Notes under the pieces: model-generated
Told to the model about the DNA's origin: nothing
Seen by the model: only the letters and a program-made list of their open reading frames with translations
Database searches by the model: none
Source: Fidelibacterota bacterium
GTDB lineage: Bacteria; Fidelibacterota; Marinisomatia; Marinisomatales; TCS55
Direction: 5' to 3'
Assembly: GCA_027251445.1 (NCBI GenBank)
Contig: JAPNQO010000079.1
Location: 1 to 64,000, forward strand
DNA length: 64,000 nt
Made by a program: the position numbers and the translations under genes
Shown here: one piece after another, positions 20,058-28,070 of the stretch
Layout: every line of letters begins with the position of its first letter
Numbering within the stretch: the stretch's first letter is position 1

Positions 20058-20674
20058 TTATTGACCCAGCTAAATCATCTTTTCAAGATAATCATAAAAT
20101 TATGATTGGATCAATATTACCTAGGCCTATAGCTCTTGTATCTACTATATCATTGGATGGAAATAATAATTTAGCTCCATTCTCATATTTTAATGGAGTC
20201 TGTTCTAATCCTCCTTCAATTATGTTTGCCCCTGCACGAAGAGGATATGATGGAAAAATAAAAGATACACTAAATAATATAGAATCAACAAAAGAGTTTG
20301 TAATTAATATCGTATCCGAAGATTTTGCTTCACAAATGGTATCATGTTCTACTGATTATGAACCAGAGATAGATGAATTTAATATTTCAGAACTCACTCC
20401 TATCAAAAGTACAAAAATTAAATCATCGCGTGTACAAGAAGCTCGAATCAGTTATGAATGCATATTGCAACAAATTATACCAGTTGGCAATTCCGGTCCA
20501 GGTGGTGGTTTTGTAGTCATTGGAGAAATAGTTCTATTTCATATTGATGATGAATTATATAATAATGGTTACATAAATATACAGAAATTAAACCCTATCG
20601 GTCGACTTGCTGGTGATAACTACACTCGTGTAAATGATACACTAGTTATAAAAAGAAAAATTAAACCAGATTAA
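20054..20674 (+). CDS. Flavin reductase-like (FMN-binding split barrel) protein
   Basis: PRPIALVST, NLAPFSYFN, KDTL.NI..TKEFVIN, IGRLAG..Y; ATG overlaps the hmgA stop (ATGA). Confidence 0.88.
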   Translation: MIIDPAKSSFQDNHKIMIGSILPRPIALVSTISLDGNNNLAPFSYFNGVCSNPPSIMFAPARRGYDGKIKDTLNNIESTKEFVINIVSEDFASQMVSCSTDYEPEIDEFNISELTPIKSTKIKSSRVQEARISYECILQQIIPVGNSGPGGGFVVIGEIVLFHIDDELYNNGYINIQKLNPIGRLAGDNYTRVNDTLVIKRKIKPD

Positions 20675-20683
20675 AGATAAATA

Positions 20684-21628
20684 ATGTCTGAATCAGTTTC
20701 AGACCGAATTTATAATGCCCAATGCCTTGGGAATATTGAACCGGTCGAATATATAGTCCCTTATCCTAATATTTTTTCGTTGTTAGAAGGTGAAAATGTA
20801 AAGTTTGGAGATAATTATTTATTTTTGGATCAAAAAATAACTAATAATGATTTTTTAATACTTATAAATCAGGCTTCTAATTGGTTTAGTGAAAAAAAGA
20901 TTGGTACTAAAAATAGAATTGTAATCGAAAATATTGATTTTCCAATTGCTGAAATTATTATTTTTGCAATTTGGGCAACTGGTAATTCAGCAATCATTTC
21001 AAATGAATTAATTAGTAAAAAGAATTTTGATATGCTTAAACCAAAAATGATTCTTAAAAATTCAAACTGCCCTTCAATAAAATTATTACAAAAATATTCG
21101 AGTGAATTTTCTCCATTATTTATAGCATCTTTGCATCATGAAGCATTATTATTTTATAAAAAGAATAAATTTATTCAACTTAGTCATTATAATCTTTTAG
21201 TAAATACAAATGGTATATATAAACATCTAGATTTAAAAAGAGGAACAACATTAAAAATAAACCTTCCTTCTACATCTACAGCATGGATAATTCTTCAGAT
21301 ATTATTACCATTGTACGCAGGAATAGCTATTTCTGATAAAAACCCTGATTTAATAATTGGTCTAGAAAAACAATATAATAAAGCTGATTATTTAATAAAA
21401 ATGCGATGGGGTACGATTTCAAAACAGTTAAATATTATTCATATTCTGGAAGAAAATACTGGTGTAATCTCTTTCGGAGATAAACCAATTCATATGACAT
21501 CTATTGAAATAAAAAAAAATAAAATAAGTGTAAAAGGTCATTCGATAATGATGGGATATACTAATATGAAAAGTAATTCTGAAATTTTTAAAGACAGTTC
21601 GATGATCATTCAAAATAACTCAGAATAA
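20684..21628 (+). CDS. Degenerate AMP-binding (acyl-CoA synthetase-like) protein
   Basis: Remnants of adenylate-forming motifs (IT..DF....NQ.SN; ALLFY....LSHYNL; VKGHSIMMGY) with no TSGTTG loop and no C-terminal domain. Confidence 0.6.
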   Translation: MSESVSDRIYNAQCLGNIEPVEYIVPYPNIFSLLEGENVKFGDNYLFLDQKITNNDFLILINQASNWFSEKKIGTKNRIVIENIDFPIAEIIIFAIWATGNSAIISNELISKKNFDMLKPKMILKNSNCPSIKLLQKYSSEFSPLFIASLHHEALLFYKKNKFIQLSHYNLLVNTNGIYKHLDLKRGTTLKINLPSTSTAWIILQILLPLYAGIAISDKNPDLIIGLEKQYNKADYLIKMRWGTISKQLNIIHILEENTGVISFGDKPIHMTSIEIKKNKISVKGHSIMMGYTNMKSNSEIFKDSSMIIQNNSE

Positions 21629-22387
21629 ATTATCATTTACATACTTAAGCATTTCAGACTGGGTTCTTAAATGCCCTAATCGAGTTTCAATATTAATATA
21701 TCGAATATTTTTTCTATAAGCGTACCAGGATAAAGAACCATCATCATTTTCAATTTGCTTATCTTGTAATACAACATTGAATGGTGATTTTTTTAATAAA
21801 TCATAATCTTCTTTATTAGTGCAAATAAAAAAATTATGATGATGGGGGTGATTTGTATTTTTTATTGAAACTTCTGTACTCAAAGGAATTTCATTATCTA
21901 TTGAATACTCACGAATATTATTATGTAAAGAAATTAATAGCCCTCCGTCTGGTGGAGAAATACTATTAAAAAAATTTTCTCTATCATTGCTAATTAATTC
22001 AATAGTTTTATTTATTTGAGATTTTGAAATATTTCTATTTAATTTTTTGAGATTTTTTTTCACACCAACATTGGTAAATATTCGATTCGGATCTAACATA
22101 TATCCATTAATTAAAACTTCTCTTTCCTTATTATTAATTAGAAAAGCAGTTCCATGATTTTCTTTCAAATATTTTCTGATCAATAATTCTGCAGTTTTCT
22201 CATCTCCATGTATCCATATATATCTTCTATTAGATTCTCCATTAATTAAAATCTCAAATTTCACACCAGCAAAATCAATGAAATTATTAATTTTATCCTT
22301 ACCATGAAGACAGATGGATGAAAGCATTAAAAGAATTATAGAGAATAATAAATAATTATTTCTCTTTATTGATAATATTTTTTTCAA
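21620..22387 (-). CDS. Exported putative Zn-dependent hydrolase (M14 carboxypeptidase/deacylase-like fold)
   Basis: Signal-like N-terminus; HGDE, DPNR, SLHNN and NIE in the order expected for M14-like metal and catalytic residues. Confidence 0.55.
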   Translation of the reverse strand: MKKILSIKRNNYLLFSIILLMLSSICLHGKDKINNFIDFAGVKFEILINGESNRRYIWIHGDEKTAELLIRKYLKENHGTAFLINNKEREVLINGYMLDPNRIFTNVGVKKNLKKLNRNISKSQINKTIELISNDRENFFNSISPPDGGLLISLHNNIREYSIDNEIPLSTEVSIKNTNHPHHHNFFICTNKEDYDLLKKSPFNVVLQDKQIENDDGSLSWYAYRKNIRYINIETRLGHLRTQSEMLKYVNDNLF

Positions 22388-23340
22388 GATAATACTTTAT
22401 TTAATGTTTTTGAATTAATATTTCCCCCACATATTACAATCACAACCCTTTTACCAAAAAATTTATTTTTTCTTTTAATCAATGCTGCAATTGCAGCTCC
22501 AGCAGAACCTTCAATTAATTGATGATGATCATTAATTGCATTCTTAATACCTAACTTAATTTCATTCTCTGTAACTAAAACAAAATCATCAATAATTTCT
22601 TTACAAATATCAAATGTAATTGATCCTTCTTCAACCCCTCCAGCTGTTCCATCTGATAATGTTTCTTTTGATGGAAGATCTAGTATCCTACCTGCATTAA
22701 GAGATTCATACATAACACAAGAGTTTTTTGGTGAACAAGCAATAATTCCCGCTCTAGGTTGAACTTGCTTTAAATAACCGCCTATACCGGATATGAGCCC
22801 ACCGCCTCCAACAGATATAATTACTTTATCTATATTGTTTAATTGATTATCCAGTTCAACCCCAATAGTCCCTTGACCTGCAACTATCATGGGATCATTA
22901 TAAGGTGATATGTATGTGGAGCCATAATTATTTGAAATTTCTTGTGCTCTAAATTCTGATTCAATACAATCTTTTCCATAAAATTCAACCATGCCACCTA
23001 ATTTTTTAATATTCTCTAGTTTATTACTTGCTATATTTTTTGGAACAATAATTTTCCCCTGCACATCTAAAATTTTCATTGCCAAAGAAACAGCTGCTCC
23101 ATGATTTCCGGTGGATGCAGTTACAATTCCATTATTTCTTTGACTAGAGCTAAGTGAGGTTAATTTACTTATCGCACCTCGAAATTTAAATGATCCTGTT
23201 TTTTGAATATTTTCGAGTTTAAGATATACTTCCCCTTTAATTAAGTTGCTTAAAGAGGGTGAATAATCTAAAGGTGTTTTACGTATATAATTTTTTGACC
23301 GATCATAGGATGCGAGCACATCATCAGGAAATGTTATCAT
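22384..23340 (-). CDS. PLP-dependent threonine/serine dehydratase (no ACT domain)
   Basis: KLENIQKTGSFKFRGA, ASTGNHG, AGQGT, VGGGGLISG, CGGNI. Confidence 0.92.
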   Translation of the reverse strand: MITFPDDVLASYDRSKNYIRKTPLDYSPSLSNLIKGEVYLKLENIQKTGSFKFRGAISKLTSLSSSQRNNGIVTASTGNHGAAVSLAMKILDVQGKIIVPKNIASNKLENIKKLGGMVEFYGKDCIESEFRAQEISNNYGSTYISPYNDPMIVAGQGTIGVELDNQLNNIDKVIISVGGGGLISGIGGYLKQVQPRAGIIACSPKNSCVMYESLNAGRILDLPSKETLSDGTAGGVEEGSITFDICKEIIDDFVLVTENEIKLGIKNAINDHHQLIEGSAGAAIAALIKRKNKFFGKRVVIVICGGNINSKTLNKVLS

Positions 23341-23446
23341 AAAGTTTTATTTGAAAACAAACGTTATAAAGAATTAAATATAGATTACAAATAATCTAAT
23401 AGTATTTATTCAAGAACAAAAAAATATTTCTTTAAATAATAATATA

Positions 23447-24148
23447 CTATTGTCCTTGATCTTCAAGAAAAAGAGCTTTATTCACATTTGCAAAAAATTG
23501 TCGAAAGAATTCTGGCTCATGTATTCCCCCAGTGCTCAATATTTTACCATCTTGTTCGATTTCACCGCTTGCGCTAACACGAATCTTTGTATTGGCATCA
23601 TTAATATCATTAAGATTGATCGTAACCTTATATCGAAAAATACGAGGACCAACTGGACCTGAATCACCATTACTTCCTCCTGAACCTAAATGAATAGTAT
23701 GACCATCTCTATCCCTGCGTTTATCACCACTATCATCATCATCATCAAAAATAAGATTAAAAAGTATAATCGCTGCTCCTGCTATAAAAACAATAGGTAT
23801 CAATGCCCCTAAACCAGAAACTTGATTATTATTAGCAGGATTATCGACAGATAGTGGAGCCTGACCCTTTTCTGTAGTTCTACTTGCAGTAATTAGTCCA
23901 ATATCTGAATTCAAGACATCGATTGTATAATCCATATCTTGTAATGCATTAATAGATGCCTTCAAAACTGTTTTCATGTCCTTAGAAAAACTGCGTGTTT
24001 CCATGGCGCGAGCTACTGCAGTAGGAGGTTTAACGGTTGGTTTTTGCGGAGAGGCACAACCAATTAATGATGTACATAAATAAAGAATTAATGAACTATG
24101 CAGTATTTTACCCTTCAAAGTAGAAGGGTATAATAAACGATGAAACAT
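23447..24148 (-). CDS. Hypothetical lipoprotein
   Basis: Lipobox-like LIGC; internal hydrophobic segment followed by an acidic/Gly-rich stretch. Confidence 0.7.
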   Translation of the reverse strand: MFHRLLYPSTLKGKILHSSLILYLCTSLIGCASPQKPTVKPPTAVARAMETRSFSKDMKTVLKASINALQDMDYTIDVLNSDIGLITASRTTEKGQAPLSVDNPANNNQVSGLGALIPIVFIAGAAIILFNLIFDDDDDSGDKRRDRDGHTIHLGSGGSNGDSGPVGPRIFRYKVTINLNDINDANTKIRVSASGEIEQDGKILSTGGIHEPEFFRQFFANVNKALFLEDQGQ

Positions 24149-24520
24149 CTAATATTTTAAACTTTGATATGTAAAATCCAATACGTTCTTTTTGTCATCG
24201 AAAGTAATAATCACAGTAAGCGATTTTGAAGAAGAACTACTTGAAGCATTACTTTTACCGAAAAATAAGAACCAAAACCCTCCTGATTCTGAATTTTTAT
24301 CTGAAGAGATACGATCATAAGTCCATACTTCTCTTCCTTGTGTATCTTTTGTTACAATATTAGGAGAGCCTAAAACATCCATTACTTCAGACTGACTTTG
24401 ACCTTTATATATTTTACTTTGAACAGCCCCCAAAGTTAGGTCATTACTGTTAGTTGGCACATTAGGAGCACAACTAAATAGTATTATAGAAGATAAACTG
24501 ATAAGTGTAATTGTTTTCAT
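24149..24520 (-). CDS. SmpA/OmlA (BamE-like) lipoprotein
   Basis: LFSC lipobox; I.KGQSQSEVMDVLGSP...WTY...LTVIITFD pattern; RBS AAGGAG upstream. Confidence 0.75.
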   Translation of the reverse strand: MKTITLISLSSIILFSCAPNVPTNSNDLTLGAVQSKIYKGQSQSEVMDVLGSPNIVTKDTQGREVWTYDRISSDKNSESGGFWFLFFGKSNASSSSSSKSLTVIITFDDKKNVLDFTYQSLKY

Positions 24521-24607
24521 TTCACTCTCCTTGTATCTTTAATTATAAGAGTATTATATAATATTTAACTTACACTGTAGAACTTAGTTCCATAAAAATA
24601 ATATAGA

Positions 24608-25063
24608 TTAATCTAAATCATGTAATACATCTAAAGCATGTGTTTTCACAGATACTTTTGAATATGAATTAATTATTGTTCCATCCTCATCTATTACATA
24701 TGTAATTCGATAAATTCCTTCATATTCTCTTCCATACATTTTTTTTAAACCCCAAGCATCATATGCTTTTAAAACATTAGTTGATTCATCACTAAGCAAA
24801 AGAAATGGGAAGCTCTGTTTTTCACAAAAATTTTTTTGTTTTTTTGTTGAATCAGCGCTCATACCTATAACTGCAATATTTTTATCTTTAAATTTTTTGA
24901 ATTCATCACGGAACCCCTGTCCTTCATTTGTTCATCCAGGTGTACTTGCTCTTGGAAAAAACCAAAGAACAACCCTTTGCCCCTTAAAATCTGATAATGA
25001 TACAGAATTTTCATCACCATCTAATAATGTAAAATCAGGAGCCTTATCTCCAATCTTCAACAT
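24608..25063 (-). CDS. bcp: BCP/PrxQ peroxiredoxin with in-frame TGA at codon 44 (probable selenocysteine)
   Basis: Hand translation from ATG 25063: MLKIGDKAPDFTLLDGDENSVSLSDFKGQRVVLWFFPRASTPG*TNEGQGFRDE..., continuing in frame into the 24608..24862 ORF; RBS AAGGAG upstream; TGA at 24932-24934. Confidence 0.9.
24908..24927 (-). promoter_or_regulatory. Candidate bacterial SECIS hairpin
   Basis: Just 3' of the UGA: AUG-AA-GGAC-[AGGG]-GUUC-CGU forms a short stem with a G-rich loop and a bulge (folded by eye). Confidence 0.5.
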
Positions 25064-25074
25064 ACACTTTCTCC

Positions 25075-25539
25075 TTATACTTCAATTTTTGACCATCTCA
25101 TTCGGTCATCATTGGATAAAATCATCTCATTGACAATATGTATTGCCTGCTTCTGGCCAGTCCAAACTAGAAGATCTAAAGCCTCATCTATCGTGACCCA
25201 TTTATGATCACAATGTTCATCAGACAATACTACTTCTTTAGTATCGACTTCAATGCCAAATACAGGAACTAAATTAATTCTATCATCCTTTGCTTCATAA
25301 AACTTACTAACATGGTCTGCAATAAACATTTTCTTAGGTGTTAAACCTGTCTCTTCATGTAATTCGCGTTTAGCGGTTTGCCATGATTTTTCATCTTTTT
25401 CAATCTTTCCAGCTACACCCTGCCAAATGTGCTCGTACATCTTTGTTTTTGAACGTTTCAAGAGCAGAAATAAAATACTATTTTTAATATTTATATAAAC
25501 ATATGCATCAATAACTCTTATTTCCATTTTTGCCATCAT
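25075..25539 (-). CDS. NUDIX hydrolase (NudB-like)
   Basis: WQGVAGKIE..E.....AKRELHEETGL Nudix box; LSDEH. Confidence 0.88.
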   Translation of the reverse strand: MMAKMEIRVIDAYVYINIKNSILFLLLKRSKTKMYEHIWQGVAGKIEKDEKSWQTAKRELHEETGLTPKKMFIADHVSKFYEAKDDRINLVPVFGIEVDTKEVVLSDEHCDHKWVTIDEALDLLVWTGQKQAIHIVNEMILSNDDRMRWSKIEV

Positions 25540-26672
25540 TACATCCTTTGATCATTTAAGTGCTTATTTAAAAACTGCTTCGACCATTTATCAAAACTAT
25601 TTTTGCTTATTTCATTTCGGATTGTTTCCATAAGTCTCATATAAAAAGTAATATTATGCATTGAAGCTAATCTTAATCCTAACATTTCATTAATATTAAA
25701 TAAATGACGTAAATATGATCTAGTATAATTATTACATAAAGTACAGTTACATTCCTCATCAACGGAATTAAAATCATCTGTGAAACGCGAATTTTCTATA
25801 TTAATTACTCCTTCTGAGGTAAAAAGTTGACCATTTCTTCCATTACGTGTTGGTAAAACACAATCAAACATATCAATACCTAGACTGATTGAACGAACAA
25901 GGTCTGTTGGTCTACCAACACCCATAAGATACCTGGGCTGATCTTTGGGTAAAATTTCATCCATCATTGATATAATATCAAACATTGCATTTTTTTCTTC
26001 ACCAACAGCTAGACCACCTATTGCCATACCGCATGTACTATAAGATATTAATTGATTCACACTTTTTATTCTTAAATCAGGATAAACACCGCCCTGAACT
26101 ATGGGGAATAAACATTGGTTCCAATTATATATTGATTTGTTATTTTCCAAATAACTTTTACATCTTCTGATCCATTTATTAGTCTGTTCAACTGCATTAT
26201 CTATAACTTTTTTATCTTCACCTCCTGCAGGACATACATCAAATGCCATTATAATATCTGAACCTAATGATTGTTGTATTTCCATAGAAATTTCTGGTGA
26301 AATAAATTGGGAACTACCATCAATATGAGATTGAAACTTTACACCCTCATCAGAAATATTATTTAGTTTTGCTAAAGAATAAACTTGAAAACCACCACTA
26401 TCAGTTAAAATAGATTTATCCCAATTCATAAATTGATGTAATCCTCCACCTTGCGCGATAAGCTTATGACCTGGTCTCAAAAATAAATGGTACGTATTAC
26501 TTAAAACGATATTTGTATTTATATCATATAGTTCTTTTGGTAGTATTGTTTTAATTACGCCATTTGTTCCAATCGGCATAAAAACAGGTGTCTCAATCTC
26601 AGAATGATCAGTTGTTATTAAACCATTTCGAGCAGAAGAATTATTATTGAATGAAATTATAGAAAATTTCAA
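25539..26672 (-). CDS. tgt: tRNA-guanine(34) transglycosylase
   Basis: TPVFMPIGT, NTYHL, TDSGGFQV, GGLAVGE, DMFDCVLPTR, CNCTLC zinc site. Confidence 0.96.
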   Translation of the reverse strand: MKFSIISFNNNSSARNGLITTDHSEIETPVFMPIGTNGVIKTILPKELYDINTNIVLSNTYHLFLRPGHKLIAQGGGLHQFMNWDKSILTDSGGFQVYSLAKLNNISDEGVKFQSHIDGSSQFISPEISMEIQQSLGSDIIMAFDVCPAGGEDKKVIDNAVEQTNKWIRRCKSYLENNKSIYNWNQCLFPIVQGGVYPDLRIKSVNQLISYSTCGMAIGGLAVGEEKNAMFDIISMMDEILPKDQPRYLMGVGRPTDLVRSISLGIDMFDCVLPTRNGRNGQLFTSEGVINIENSRFTDDFNSVDEECNCTLCNNYTRSYLRHLFNINEMLGLRLASMHNITFYMRLMETIRNEISKNSFDKWSKQFLNKHLNDQRM

Positions 26673-26675
26673 AGT

Positions 26676-28031
26676 TTAGAATAAGTGATTTAATACTTCT
26701 TTGACATTTTGGAACCCTGAAATCTTAATTTTATAATCTGACTTTTTCATACGTTTAAGATTTGATTCAGGTATAATAATATTTGTGAACCCTAATGCTT
26801 CAGATTCTTTAACTCTTTTATTCATGTTTGGAACTGATCTTAATTCACCAGATAAACCAACTTCACCCGCTAATACAGTATTGTTCGGAATAATAAAATC
26901 TTTTGCGCTAGAAGCTACAGCTATAATAACAGCAAGATCTGTTGATGGATCACTTATATGAAAACCACCAACAAGATTAATAAATACATCTTTTGCACCA
27001 ATTGACATCCCAATTCTTTTTTCTAAAACCGCCAACAACATTGATAAACGTTTATAATCAAGTCCATTAGAATTTCTTTGTGGAGTTCCAAAGTTTGCGC
27101 TAGACACTAAAGCCTGCACTTCAACAAGTAAAGGGCGTGTACCTTCCAATGCAGGGAAAATTGCAGACCCTGGAACTTCAAGAGTTCGTTCTGCTAGAAA
27201 ATATTCAGAAGGATTTGATACTTCATTCAATCCGTGCTCATTCATTTGGAATATTCCTACCTCATTTGTAGTGCCAAACCTATTTTTAATAGAACGAAGT
27301 ATTCGATGATCAAATCGAGAATCTCCCTCAAGATACAGTACAGTATCAACCATGTGTTCAAGCATTCTTGGGCCAGCGATTATTCCTTCTTTAGTTACAT
27401 GACCAATAACAATAATTGAAATTTTATTTTGCTTTGCTACAGCTAGTAATTGCTGACCACAATCTCTTATTTGACTAGGAGATCCTGCAATTGACTCAAC
27501 ATTATTACTAAAAATATTTTGAATAGAATCAATAATTAATAATTTTGGAGATATTAGTGCTAATTGCTCTATAATTAGCTCAACATTATTCTCAGTTGAT
27601 AAATGTATTTTTTCAGTAGATATATTTAATCGCTTTGCTCTTAAAGCAAGTTGTTCTTCACTTTCTTCAGCAGAGACGTATAATACATTATATTTTAAAC
27701 CAGGTATTATTTGTAATGCTAACGTTGACTTGCCTATGCCTGGGCTTCCACCAAGTAATATCATAGAACCTGGCAATATACCTCCACCTAATACTCTATC
27801 AACCTCACGAATACCTGTAGTTTGACTTTTTAATATTCCATCTTTTAATACATCGTCAAGATTTGATGGATTTTTTGTCTGACCATTAGATCTTGAGCGA
27901 GATTTAGTATTTACTTTAAACTCGCCTAATGTTCCCCATTCATTGCAAGATGGGCATTGACCATTCCATTTAGCAAATTGGTCCCCACATGATGAACAAA
28001 GAAATACCGTCTTAATCCTGGACTTTGACAT
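26676..28031 (-). CDS. radA: DNA repair protein RadA/Sms
   Basis: C..CG...KW.GQCP.C zinc finger, GSPGIGKST, KNRFG, GEVGLSGE. Confidence 0.97.
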   Translation of the reverse strand: MSKSRIKTVFLCSSCGDQFAKWNGQCPSCNEWGTLGEFKVNTKSRSRSNGQTKNPSNLDDVLKDGILKSQTTGIREVDRVLGGGILPGSMILLGGSPGIGKSTLALQIIPGLKYNVLYVSAEESEEQLALRAKRLNISTEKIHLSTENNVELIIEQLALISPKLLIIDSIQNIFSNNVESIAGSPSQIRDCGQQLLAVAKQNKISIIVIGHVTKEGIIAGPRMLEHMVDTVLYLEGDSRFDHRILRSIKNRFGTTNEVGIFQMNEHGLNEVSNPSEYFLAERTLEVPGSAIFPALEGTRPLLVEVQALVSSANFGTPQRNSNGLDYKRLSMLLAVLEKRIGMSIGAKDVFINLVGGFHISDPSTDLAVIIAVASSAKDFIIPNNTVLAGEVGLSGELRSVPNMNKRVKESEALGFTNIIIPESNLKRMKKSDYKIKISGFQNVKEVLNHLF

Positions 28032-28070
28032 GATTAAAAAGAATAATTAGTGTAAAATAAGAATTTCAGG

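Noticed and set aside
14917..22386. Genome-wide TGA reassignment (genetic code 4 or 25)
   Set aside because: TGA ends full-length genes (sfsA at 14917, hmgA at 20057, dehydratase at 22384), and long genes have no internal TGA.
24608..24862. 84-aa ORF as a standalone gene, or bcp as a pseudogene
   Set aside because: It is the C-terminal half of a full BCP. The only interruption is one TGA exactly at the catalytic Cys, which favours Sec over gene decay.
24897..25133. Plus-strand 78-aa ORF
   Set aside because: It is an antisense shadow of the N-terminal half of bcp.
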